64,000 nucleotides of DNA from an uncultured Candidatus Rokubacteria bacterium (GTDB lineage Bacteria; Methylomirabilota; Methylomirabilia; Rokubacteriales; DASRDR01): assembly GCA_963826115.1 (NCBI GenBank), contig CAWGVS010000002.1, positions 176,122 through 240,121 of the forward strand, in the 5' to 3' direction. The notes beneath the pieces were generated by a model. The model saw only the letters and a list, made by a program, of their open reading frames with translations, made no database searches and was not told the DNA's origin. The translations under genes and the position numbers were made by a program. Within the stretch, counting starts at the first letter, position 1. The number at the start of each line of letters is the position of its first letter. This document shows, one piece after another, positions 27,767 to 36,119 of the stretch.

Positions 27767-28603
27767 TTAGGGCTTGGCCTTGGCGGCGGGCTGGCCGGCG
27801 GCGGGAGCCGCGCCGCCCTTGAGCGTCAAGAGGAACGCGACGAGATCGAGGTACTCCCGGGCCGCGAGCTGCTGCCCGAAGGTCTTCGGCATGACGTTCG
27901 GCGGGAACCCGGAGACCGTGCCCTTCGAGGCGGGGTCCAGGATCTTGCCCATGATGTACTCCGGCGTCTGGCTGCCGGCGATGTTCGAGAGGTCCGGCCC
28001 GACCGGGCTCGCCCCGATCGCCCCCGCCTTGTGGCAGGCGATGCACGCGCCCTTGCCCATGAACACCGCCTGGCCCGCCTTCGGATCGCCCGGCAGCTCG
28101 ATCGAGGCGGCGGCGCCGGCGGCGGCCGCCGCGATCTGCGGCACGTCGTCGAGCTTGACGTCCACGCTGCCGCCCTGGCTCTCCAGGAAGGCCACCACGG
28201 CCCAGAGCTCGCTCCGGTTCAGGCCGATCGGCGGCTTCGACACGTTCGGCATGATGTTGGGGAAGCCCTCGACCACGTAGGCGGACGGGGTCAGCAGGGA
28301 CTCGACCAGGTACGCGGCCGCCCGGGTCCCGGGCTTCCGGGTCGCCGCGCGCCCGCCCACGCCCGCGAGGTCGGGCCCGCGCCCGGCCCGGCCGATGCCG
28401 TGGCAGGTCGTGCACTGGCCCTTCTCGCGGAAGATCCGCTCGCCGGCGGCCACGAGCTGCTCAGGGGTCACGCTGCCGCCCTCGAGCGAGAGCTCCTCGG
28501 GAGGCTTCGACTCGATCTGGGGGATCGAGTTCGCGTACCAGGTGTAGCTGCCCATCACCGCCAGGGCGAACGCGCCCACCTTGACCGTCACGGGCAGCGC
28601 CAT
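27767..28603 (-). CDS. Dihaem cytochrome c with N-terminal membrane anchor
   Basis: ATG 28603; CTTCH...GPDL...MP and CIACH...GPDL...MP. Confidence 0.85.
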   Translation of the reverse strand: MALPVTVKVGAFALAVMGSYTWYANSIPQIESKPPEELSLEGGSVTPEQLVAAGERIFREKGQCTTCHGIGRAGRGPDLAGVGGRAATRKPGTRAAAYLVESLLTPSAYVVEGFPNIMPNVSKPPIGLNRSELWAVVAFLESQGGSVDVKLDDVPQIAAAAAGAAASIELPGDPKAGQAVFMGKGACIACHKAGAIGASPVGPDLSNIAGSQTPEYIMGKILDPASKGTVSGFPPNVMPKTFGQQLAAREYLDLVAFLLTLKGGAAPAAGQPAAKAKP

Positions 28604-28611
28604 GGCGCGGG

Positions 28612-30438
28612 CTACGCCTCCGGGCTCCCGCCGGCGATGGGGGCGGGCGCCGGATGTCCGCCGGGCGCCTTGGCGTCCGTGAGGGGCCCCTTCTCTCCGA
28701 GACCGCCGAGCCAGAAGATGAACATCACCATCAGGAAGAACAGGATGGTGGTGATGGTGATGATGTTCGCCGCGTAGCCGAGGGCCGGTGTGAGCGCGTC
28801 GGGCGACCGGTCCTGCATCACGCCATAGACGTGCCAGTGCTGCCGGATCCCCGACCGCGCGAAGCCCATGAGACCCATCAGCCAGGTGAAGGTCACGGCC
28901 AGCAGGATCAGCACGTACTGGGAGCGCGGCGCGATCGTGCCCCAGCGGATGGTCCCGGTGGATCGGGCCCCCTTGAACATCGGGATGTCGATCGCCATCA
29001 CGATGACGATGCAGAGCAGGACCGACCCCACCTGCAACGGCGAGAAGCGCCGGATCCGGACAATGGCCTCGACGAAGTACCCGCCGAGGCCCAGGCCGAT
29101 CACCGCGGCGCCCGCGAGGGCGAACGTCAGGTACTGGAGCATCATCCCGAAGCGGGCCCACGACACGGTCGGCTCGCGGTTCGCCCGCCGATACAGGAGG
29201 TACGAGAAGAAGGTCGTCAGGATCATGAGGTTCACCGCGGTGTTCTTCGCGGTCATGACCCCGAAGAACCGCAGGAACCGGTGGTCCGACCCGCCCATGG
29301 CGCGGACCTCGCCGAGCGACGCGATGAGGCTTCGCGGGGTGGCCCACACCATGAACCCGAGCGCGATGATCAGGAGGAGGTACTTGATCCAGGGTCGGAA
29401 GCGCTCGGCCCCGGGGATGCGCTCCATCCCGAGCCAGAGGTAGTAGTTCGAGCCCAGGAAGAGCACGCCGATGAGGATGGCCTGGACGATCCAGAGCCAC
29501 GACATGAAGCCGCCCATCATCGTGATGCCCATCGTCTGGTTGTAGCCGTAGATCTCGAAGCCGAGCCAGTACCCGGCGAACGGGAGCACCATCAGCGCCG
29601 AGAGCGCCACGAAGTTCCCGATGTACCCCATCCAGTCGTAGCGCGCCCGCTCCTCGTCCGTCTTGGCGCCCAGGAACCGGAACGCGGCGTACCCGGCGAC
29701 GATGGTCCCCCCGAACACGAGGTTGGCGATGAGGCGGTGGATGTTGACCGGCATCCAGGTGAAGTTGTTCACGGCTTGCCAGAGGGTGCCCGTGAACTTC
29801 CCGCTCTCGTCCACGCCGGCCGGCGAGATCATGAAGGTGACCCACGAGTTCGAGACGAACAGGATGGCCGTGCCGAGGAGGTTCGACAGCACCCCGATCG
29901 CCACGTGGAGCCCCTTCCGCGGCCCCGACAGCCAGTGCCAGCCGTAGTACCAGAGGTACACGGTGAACGTCTCGGCGAAGAACAGGCCCGCGTAGAGCCA
30001 CATCGTGGGCGCGAAGATGCCGCTCATGAACGTCCAGAACCGCGGGTACAGCGTGATCAGGAGGAACAGGAGCAGGCCGCCCAGGAGCGCCGTGGTCGAG
30101 AACGCCGCGAACGTGAGCTTGACGAACTCGTGGGAGAGCCAGTCGTACCGGCGCCCCTCCTCGCGGTCCATCCCGATCCGCCAGCCCATGAACTCGATGA
30201 TCACGGCGAAGATCGGAACGCCCAGGATGAACGCCGCGAAGTTGAGGTGGATCTGCGCGATCACCCAGATGGCAAGCCGCGAGCCGATGAAGGGGAAGGC
30301 CCGGTAGGCGGCGTCCTTCTGCTCCTGGGCCCAGCCGGGCGTCGCCAGGAGCGCGACCGCGGCGGCGGCCAGGACCAGCGGAAGGACGCGCGCGAGCCGC
30401 GACGGTGCGGGCTCGCTCGGGGTCACGGGCGGCCGCAC
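28612..30438 (-). CDS. Cytochrome bd-like oxidase subunit I (Nitrospira-type, non-quinol clade)
   Basis: AQIHLNFAAF, FFAET, FMISPAG, NIHRLIAN and SGIRQHWHVYG motifs; no QPxK Q-loop motif; no adjacent cydB. Confidence 0.8.
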   Translation of the reverse strand: MRPPVTPSEPAPSRLARVLPLVLAAAAVALLATPGWAQEQKDAAYRAFPFIGSRLAIWVIAQIHLNFAAFILGVPIFAVIIEFMGWRIGMDREEGRRYDWLSHEFVKLTFAAFSTTALLGGLLLFLLITLYPRFWTFMSGIFAPTMWLYAGLFFAETFTVYLWYYGWHWLSGPRKGLHVAIGVLSNLLGTAILFVSNSWVTFMISPAGVDESGKFTGTLWQAVNNFTWMPVNIHRLIANLVFGGTIVAGYAAFRFLGAKTDEERARYDWMGYIGNFVALSALMVLPFAGYWLGFEIYGYNQTMGITMMGGFMSWLWIVQAILIGVLFLGSNYYLWLGMERIPGAERFRPWIKYLLLIIALGFMVWATPRSLIASLGEVRAMGGSDHRFLRFFGVMTAKNTAVNLMILTTFFSYLLYRRANREPTVSWARFGMMLQYLTFALAGAAVIGLGLGGYFVEAIVRIRRFSPLQVGSVLLCIVIVMAIDIPMFKGARSTGTIRWGTIAPRSQYVLILLAVTFTWLMGLMGFARSGIRQHWHVYGVMQDRSPDALTPALGYAANIITITTILFFLMVMFIFWLGGLGEKGPLTDAKAPGGHPAPAPIAGGSPEA

Positions 30439-30505
30439 GGTGGTCGTGCCGAGGCTCCTTCGGGTCGAGGCATTGCGAGCGCGCCGGCGGGGGGCCCCGG
30501 CCCGC

Positions 30506-30523
30506 TTGTTCCAATCGTCACAA
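30506..30523. promoter_or_regulatory. Palindromic operator candidate (Rex- or CRP/FNR-like)
   Basis: Minus strand TTGTGACGATTGGAACAA (TTGT-N10-ACAA), just downstream of the -10 box. Confidence 0.45.
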
Positions 30524-30535
30524 GGGCGACGCCTC

Positions 30536-30565
30536 TTTGTAGGGCAGCGAGGGGTCCCCTGTCAA
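30536..30565 (-). promoter_or_regulatory. Putative sigma70-type promoter of the respiratory cluster
   Basis: TTGACA-N18-TACAAA. Confidence 0.55.
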
Positions 30566-30802
30566 GGGCGAGTCGGGCCGTTTCGCCCGCGCGGCGGCGC
30601 GCGCGCGGGACGCCGTGGGCGCGACGCGCACCGCGCATCCGCGGCGTGCCGTCGGCGCGGGGACGCGCGCGCCCCGACACGGGTCCCGGCGGCCGAGGAG
30701 CGCGCGCGGCACTGCGGGCGGGGCGCGCGCCGCGTGGTCGAGCGATGCGTGAGGAGCGCGATGTCGTCCCGCGCGACCACGGCGCGCGGCGCCGGGCCGC
30801 GA

Positions 30803-30832
30803 TTGCCCGACGCGGCGCCGCTGTGCTACCGT
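30803..30832 (+). promoter_or_regulatory. Putative promoter of trxA-thiL operon
   Basis: TTGCCC-N18-TACCGT with TGn extended -10. Confidence 0.35.
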
Positions 30833-30905
30833 GAATGGTGCATTTCGCTCGTCTCGTGATGAGCGTCACCCCCGACCGACCGGTCATCCTGAGCGGAGGA
30901 ACTCC

Positions 30906-31235
30906 ATGGCAAGCCAGGCCACGTTGCACCTGACCGAGGCCGCATTCGACCAGACCCTGGCCGAGCACCAGGAAGCGGTGGTCGTCGACTTCTGGGCCGA
31001 GTGGTGTGGCCCGTGCAAGGCGATCGCGCCCACGCTGGACGAGCTCGCGCAGGAGTACGCCGGTCGGGTGACGATCGCCAAGGTCAACGTCGATGAGCAC
31101 CCCGGCCTGGCCGCGCGCTTCCAGGTGCGCTCCATCCCCACCCTCCTCTTCTTCAAGGGCGGGCACGTCATCGACCAGGTCATCGGCGCAGTCCCGAAGG
31201 CGCAGATCAAGAAGCGCTTGGACGCGGTCGCCTGA
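30906..31235 (+). CDS. trxA: Thioredoxin
   Basis: GGAGG RBS; DFWAEWCGPC and SIPTL motifs. Confidence 0.95.
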   Translation: MASQATLHLTEAAFDQTLAEHQEAVVVDFWAEWCGPCKAIAPTLDELAQEYAGRVTIAKVNVDEHPGLAARFQVRSIPTLLFFKGGHVIDQVIGAVPKAQIKKRLDAVA

Positions 31236-31247
31236 GGGAGCCCGCTG

Positions 31248-32291
31248 GTGAGGGCTGGCGAGGACCCTGACCCGTCCGGGGCCTCCCAAGCAACGCTCGC
31301 GGCGCTCGGCGAGCGCGGGCTGATCACCCGCCTCCGCCAGCGGCTGCCCGCGCCCGGCCCCGAGGTCCTGCTCGGGATCGGGGACGACGCGGCCGCCATC
31401 CGCTGGGACGGGTCGACCCTCTTGCTGACCACCGACACCCTGCTCGAGGGCATCCACTTCCGGCGGTCAACCGCCACGCTCCGGGACATCGGGGCCAAGG
31501 CCATCGCGGTCAACGTCTCGGACATCGCGGCGATGGGCGGGGAGCCCCGCTACGCGCTGCTCGCCCTGGCCCTCCCGCCGAGCCTCCCGGTCGACGAGGT
31601 CGACGCCCTCTACGCGGGTGTCCAGGAAATGGCCGGCCGGCATGGCGTGACGGTCGTCGGCGGCGACACGTGCGCCGCGCTCGAAGGCGTCGTGCTGTCG
31701 GTGACCCTGGTCGGGCGCGTGGCGGGCGCGCCCCTCCGGCGGAGCGGCGCGCGCCCGGGTGACGCGATCCTGGTGACCGGGAGCCTGGGGGCGGCCGCCG
31801 CGGGCCTGGCCGTCCTCGAGCGCGGCGATGGCGGGCTGCCGCCGGCGGTGGTGGCGGCGGTCGTCGGTCCGCACCGGGTGCCGACCCCTCGCGTCGCCGA
31901 GAGCGGGGTGATCCGGGCCTCGGGATGGGCGACGGCCATGATCGACCTCTCGGACGGCCTCGCGACCGACCTCGGACACATCGCGGCCGAGAGCCGGGTG
32001 GGGGCCCGGGTCGAGCTCGACCTCGTCCCGGTGAGCGACGCGACACGCCGGGTGGCGGAGGTCCAGGGCGTCGATCCCCTCTGCTGGGCGCTGAGCGGCG
32101 GCGAGGACTACGAGCTCCTGTTCACCGCCGAGCCCGGGCGCGCAGCCGAACTGGCGCACCTGGTGACGGCCCGGACCGGCACCCCGGTCCACCGGATCGG
32201 CGAGGTGCGGCCGGCCGCGGAGGGCGTGCGCTTCGTGGACCGGCAGGGGCACGCGCGCCCGGTCGCCCCGGGCTTCGACCACTTCGGCTAG
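31248..32291 (+). CDS. thiL: Thiamine-monophosphate kinase
   Basis: GIGDDAA, VNVSDIAAMGG, GGDT, MIDLSDGL, GGEDYEL and GFDHF motifs. Confidence 0.93.
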   Translation: MRAGEDPDPSGASQATLAALGERGLITRLRQRLPAPGPEVLLGIGDDAAAIRWDGSTLLLTTDTLLEGIHFRRSTATLRDIGAKAIAVNVSDIAAMGGEPRYALLALALPPSLPVDEVDALYAGVQEMAGRHGVTVVGGDTCAALEGVVLSVTLVGRVAGAPLRRSGARPGDAILVTGSLGAAAAGLAVLERGDGGLPPAVVAAVVGPHRVPTPRVAESGVIRASGWATAMIDLSDGLATDLGHIAAESRVGARVELDLVPVSDATRRVAEVQGVDPLCWALSGGEDYELLFTAEPGRAAELAHLVTARTGTPVHRIGEVRPAAEGVRFVDRQGHARPVAPGFDHFG

Positions 32292-32294
32292 ACG

Positions 32295-33620
32295 ATGGAA
32301 CGGCTGGTCCTCGACATCATCCTGCTCGCGACGTTCCTCGGCATCTCGGCGCTCCTCGCCGGCGCGGAGGCGGCGTACTTCTCCCTCTCGCGCCTGGGGA
32401 CCGCGCACCTCGAGCCCGAGGAGACCCCGGGACACGCCCTCCTCGAACGGGTCCTGCGCGATCCGCGGGACCTCCTGATCACGCTCCTGGTCGGCATCAC
32501 GCTCGTGAACATCGCCGCCGCCGCCGTGGCCGCGCAGGTGGCCACCACGCTCTTCGGCCCGCGCGGCATCGGGGTCGCGATCCCGGTGATGGTGTTCCTC
32601 ATCGTCGTGTTCGGCGAGGTGCTGCCGATGACCATCGCCGTCGGGATGCCGCACCGCTTCGGCCTCCTGGTGGCGCGGCCGGTGCTGGCCCTCCAGTGGC
32701 TGCTCACGCCGGTCCGGCTCCTCCTGGGCGCCTTCACCAGCCTCGTCTCGCAGGCGACGGACGGCGAGGGCGGCGTGGCCAAGGCCGCGATCACGGAGGC
32801 GGAGCTCCGCACGCTGGTCGAGGTCGGCCACCAGGAGGGCGTGGTCCAGCGCAAGGAACGGGAGATGATCCACGGGGTCTTCGAGCTCGGGGAGACCACC
32901 GTGGCCGAGGTCATGGTCCCGCGGACCGACGTGTTCGGCCTCGACGTGGCGACGCCGCCCGACCGGCTGCTGCCGTCGATCCGGGCGAACCTCCACCACC
33001 GGGTGCCCGTGTACGAGGGGAGCCTCGACCACGTCCTCGGCATCCTCCTCACGACGGAGCTCCTGCCGTACTACGCGGGGCTGCCGGCCGGCTTCGACCT
33101 CCGGGCCCACCTCACGGCACCCTACTTCGTGCCCCAGTCCAAGCGCGCGGACGCGCTCCTGCGGGAGTTCAAGGCCAAGAAGCTCCGCACGGCCATCGTC
33201 GTCGACGAGTACGGGGGCACCGCGGGGCTGGTCACGCTGGAGGACCTCCTGGAGGAGGTCGTCGGCGAGATCCGCGACGAGTTCGAGGCCGAGGAGCGCC
33301 TGGCCCAGCCGGTGGACGACCGCACGTGGCGCGTCGCGGCCAAGATGGCGATCGGCGACTTCAACGCGGTCACCCGGCTTACCATCTCCGACGAGCACTT
33401 CGACACGGTCGGCGGCTGGGTGCTGGATCTCTTCGGCCGTGTGCCCCACCGGGGCGAGAGCCTCGAGGGCGAGGGCATCCGCGTCACCGTGGAGACCATG
33501 CACCGGAACCGCATCCTCCAGGTCCTGGTCCGCCTGCCGGCCGCCCCCACCGCCGGAAGCCCCGCCCCGGAGGCGGGCGCGGCCCCGAGCGCGCACGCGC
33601 ACCCGGAGGGTGAGGCGTGA
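32295..33620 (+). CDS. CNNM(DUF21)-CBS-CorC/HlyC 'hemolysin family' protein
   Basis: AEAAYFSL, FGEVLP, VMVPRTD, VVDEYGG...EDLLEE and DTVGG motifs. Confidence 0.9.
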   Translation: MERLVLDIILLATFLGISALLAGAEAAYFSLSRLGTAHLEPEETPGHALLERVLRDPRDLLITLLVGITLVNIAAAAVAAQVATTLFGPRGIGVAIPVMVFLIVVFGEVLPMTIAVGMPHRFGLLVARPVLALQWLLTPVRLLLGAFTSLVSQATDGEGGVAKAAITEAELRTLVEVGHQEGVVQRKEREMIHGVFELGETTVAEVMVPRTDVFGLDVATPPDRLLPSIRANLHHRVPVYEGSLDHVLGILLTTELLPYYAGLPAGFDLRAHLTAPYFVPQSKRADALLREFKAKKLRTAIVVDEYGGTAGLVTLEDLLEEVVGEIRDEFEAEERLAQPVDDRTWRVAAKMAIGDFNAVTRLTISDEHFDTVGGWVLDLFGRVPHRGESLEGEGIRVTVETMHRNRILQVLVRLPAAPTAGSPAPEAGAAPSAHAHPEGEA

Positions 33621-34906
33621 CCCTCGGCGCGACGCTCACGATCGTCTTCCTGTGCCTCCTCGCGTCCGCCTTCTTCTCGAGCGCGGAGATCGCGTTCCTG
33701 GCCGCCAACCGCGTCCGCCTCCGCCACCTGGCGGAGCAGGGTCGCCGGGTGGCCCGGGGCTACATGGAGGCGTTCCAGCACCCGGAGCAGCTCCTGTCCA
33801 CCGCGATGATGGGGGTGACGATCGCCCACGTCGTGTCCTCGGCGATGGCGACGGCCGCCCTGCTCCCGTGGGTGGGCGGCCAGGCCTCGCTCTGGGCGAC
33901 GGTGGTGCTGACGCCGCTCATGCTGGTGTTCGGCGAGATCCTGCCGAAGGCGCTGACCCAGCCCCGGGCGACCGAGATCGCGCTCCGCACCTTCGACCCC
34001 TTGCGCGCCGTCGCCTGGCTCCTCGCCCCCGTGGTGGGCCTCGCGAACCTCCTCGTGCGCGCGATCCTGGGTGGCCTCGGTCACGGGGAGCGCCGGGACC
34101 CGTTCGTCTCGCGGGCCGATCTCCGGCTCCTCGTCGAGCGCGAGCCGGACGGCACGACGGACGTCCGCGAGGAAGAGCGGGAGATGATCGAGGGGATCTT
34201 CGATCTCGTGGAGACGTCGGTGCGCGAGGTCATGGTGCCCCTGGTCGACGTCGTCGCCGTGCCCGAGGACGCGACCATCGACGAGGCGGTCGCGAAGGTG
34301 CGGGAGAGCGGGCACTCCCGCCTGCCCGTCTACCGGGAGCGCATCGACAACGTCGTGGGCGTCCTGGCCGCGCTCGACATCCTCGGCCGCGGGGCCGCCG
34401 GCGAGACGCTCCGCACGCTCATGCGGCCGGCCCACTACGTCCCGGCCACCAAGCGCGTCAGCGACCTCCTGCCGGAGATGCAGCGGCGCCGGATCCAGCT
34501 CGCCGTCGTGGTGGACGAGTACGGCGCGAGCCAGGGCATCGTGACGGTCGGGAACGTCATCGAGGAGATCGTGGGTGAGATCCCCGACGACCGCGAGCGC
34601 ACGCCCGCCCAGCTCGTGCGGCTGCCCGACGGGAGCTACCTCGTGAACGGCCGCATGTGGCTCGAGGAGCTGAACGAGGCCCTGGACTGGGAGCTGCCGA
34701 CCAAGAAGGGCTACGAGACGGTGGCGGGGCTGATCCTGGCGTCCCTCGGCCGCATCCCCCGGCCCGGCGAGCAGGTCACCGTCGGCAACTACGAGCTCGC
34801 CGTCGTCGACGCCGACGAGCGTCGCATCCTCAAGGTGAAGGTCCGGGCGCGCGAGCGGAAGGCCGACCCCGCTCCCGCGGCCCCCCAAGGAGGACACCCA
34901 GCATGA
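33617..34906 (+). CDS. CNNM(DUF21)-CBS-CorC/HlyC 'hemolysin family' protein (second paralog)
   Basis: FFSSAEIA, FGEILPK, HSRLPVY, VVDEYG and YETVAG motifs; GTGA overlap. Confidence 0.9.
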   Translation: MTLGATLTIVFLCLLASAFFSSAEIAFLAANRVRLRHLAEQGRRVARGYMEAFQHPEQLLSTAMMGVTIAHVVSSAMATAALLPWVGGQASLWATVVLTPLMLVFGEILPKALTQPRATEIALRTFDPLRAVAWLLAPVVGLANLLVRAILGGLGHGERRDPFVSRADLRLLVEREPDGTTDVREEEREMIEGIFDLVETSVREVMVPLVDVVAVPEDATIDEAVAKVRESGHSRLPVYRERIDNVVGVLAALDILGRGAAGETLRTLMRPAHYVPATKRVSDLLPEMQRRRIQLAVVVDEYGASQGIVTVGNVIEEIVGEIPDDRERTPAQLVRLPDGSYLVNGRMWLEELNEALDWELPTKKGYETVAGLILASLGRIPRPGEQVTVGNYELAVVDADERRILKVKVRARERKADPAPAAPQGGHPA

Positions 34907-35577
34907 CCGGCAGCATGGTGACGTTTCCCGCGAACGGGACCTCGACGTCCGGGTACCTCGCGACGCCCAAGCCGGGCGCGGGGCCGGGCGTCCTCGTCAT
35001 CCAGGAGTGGTGGGGCCTGGTCCCCCACATCAAGCACGTGTGCGACCGTCTCGCCGCCGAGGGCTTCGTCGCGCTGGCGCCCGACATGTACCACGGACAG
35101 ACCGCCAGCGAGCCCGACGGCGCGGGCAAGCTCTTCATGGCCCTCAACATCGCGCGCGCCGAGAAGGACCTCCGGGGCGCCGCGACGTACCTCCTCGGGC
35201 ACTCGTCGTCGAAGACGCTCGGCGCGATCGGCTTCTGCATGGGCGGGCAGCTGGCGCTGTTCGCGGCGACGCTGAACCCCGCGGTGGGGGCGTGCGTGAA
35301 CTTCTACGGCATCCACCCGAACGTGAAGCCCGACTACGCGAAGCTCGCCGGGCCCGTGCTCGGGCTCTACGCGGAGCAGGACGGCTTCGTCACGCCGGCG
35401 GTCGCGCGGCAGGTCGACACGGACATCCGGAAGGCGGGCAAGGCCTCGGAGATCCACATCTACCCGGGTGTCGACCACGCCTTCTTCAACGACGAGCGCC
35501 CCGACGTCTACAACCGGGCCGCCGCCGAGGACGCCTGGCGGCGGACGCTGACCTTCCTCCGCCAGCACCTCCGGTAG
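34903..35577 (+). CDS. Dienelactone hydrolase family protein
   Basis: AAGGAGG RBS, ATG 34903; IQEWWGL, GFCMGG and HAFFN motifs. Confidence 0.9.
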   Translation: MTGSMVTFPANGTSTSGYLATPKPGAGPGVLVIQEWWGLVPHIKHVCDRLAAEGFVALAPDMYHGQTASEPDGAGKLFMALNIARAEKDLRGAATYLLGHSSSKTLGAIGFCMGGQLALFAATLNPAVGACVNFYGIHPNVKPDYAKLAGPVLGLYAEQDGFVTPAVARQVDTDIRKAGKASEIHIYPGVDHAFFNDERPDVYNRAAAEDAWRRTLTFLRQHLR

Positions 35578-35595
35578 CCGCGGGCCCCGAAACGC

Positions 35596-35624
35596 CGCGA
35601 GGGGGGCCCGGGGCCCCCCTCGCG
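35596..35624. terminator. Perfect 14-bp inverted repeat between convergent genes
   Basis: CGCGAGGGGGGCCC-G-GGGCCCCCCTCGCG. Confidence 0.6.
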
Positions 35625-35654
35625 CAGAACCGTCTCGGCCGGCCGCGCGCCGCG

Positions 35655-36119
35655 CTAGGCGCCGCGGGCGGCGGCCGCCGCGGCCTTCCGCGCCTTCTTG
35701 GCTTCCTTGCCCTTCGGCTCGGCGGACTTCTTGCCCTTCTCGGACTTCTCCTTGGGGGCCTCGGGCCGGTCGACCAGCTCGAGGATCGCCAGCGGCGCGG
35801 CGTCGCCCCGCCGGGTCCCCATCTGGAGGATGCGCGTGTAGCCGCCGCGCCGGTCCGCGTAGCGGGCGCCGACGGTGTCGAAGAGCCGGTGCACGACCTT
35901 GACGTCGGGCACCAGGGTGAGCGCCTGGCGCCGCGCGTGGAGGTTGTCCGCCTTCGCGAGCGTCACCAGATGGTCCGCCAGCGGCCGCACGGCCTTGGCC
36001 TTGGCCAGGGTCGTCGTGATCCGCTCGTGGGTGAACAGCGCCGTGAGGAGGTTCCGGAACAGGGCCCAGCGGTGGGCCGTGAGCCGGCCGAGCTTCCAGC
36101 CGTCGCGCCTGTGTCTCAT
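35655..36119 (-). CDS. rplQ: 50S ribosomal protein L17
   Basis: MRHRRDGWKLGR...GGYTRI...RRGDAAP; Lys/Ala-rich tail. Confidence 0.95.
   Translation of the reverse strand: MRHRRDGWKLGRLTAHRWALFRNLLTALFTHERITTTLAKAKAVRPLADHLVTLAKADNLHARRQALTLVPDVKVVHRLFDTVGARYADRRGGYTRILQMGTRRGDAAPLAILELVDRPEAPKEKSEKGKKSAEPKGKEAKKARKAAAAAARGA

Noticed and set aside
32295-34906. Tandem 'hemolysin' genes as toxins
   Set aside because: CNNM/CBS/CorC proteins act in Mg/Co homeostasis, and tandem pairs are common.
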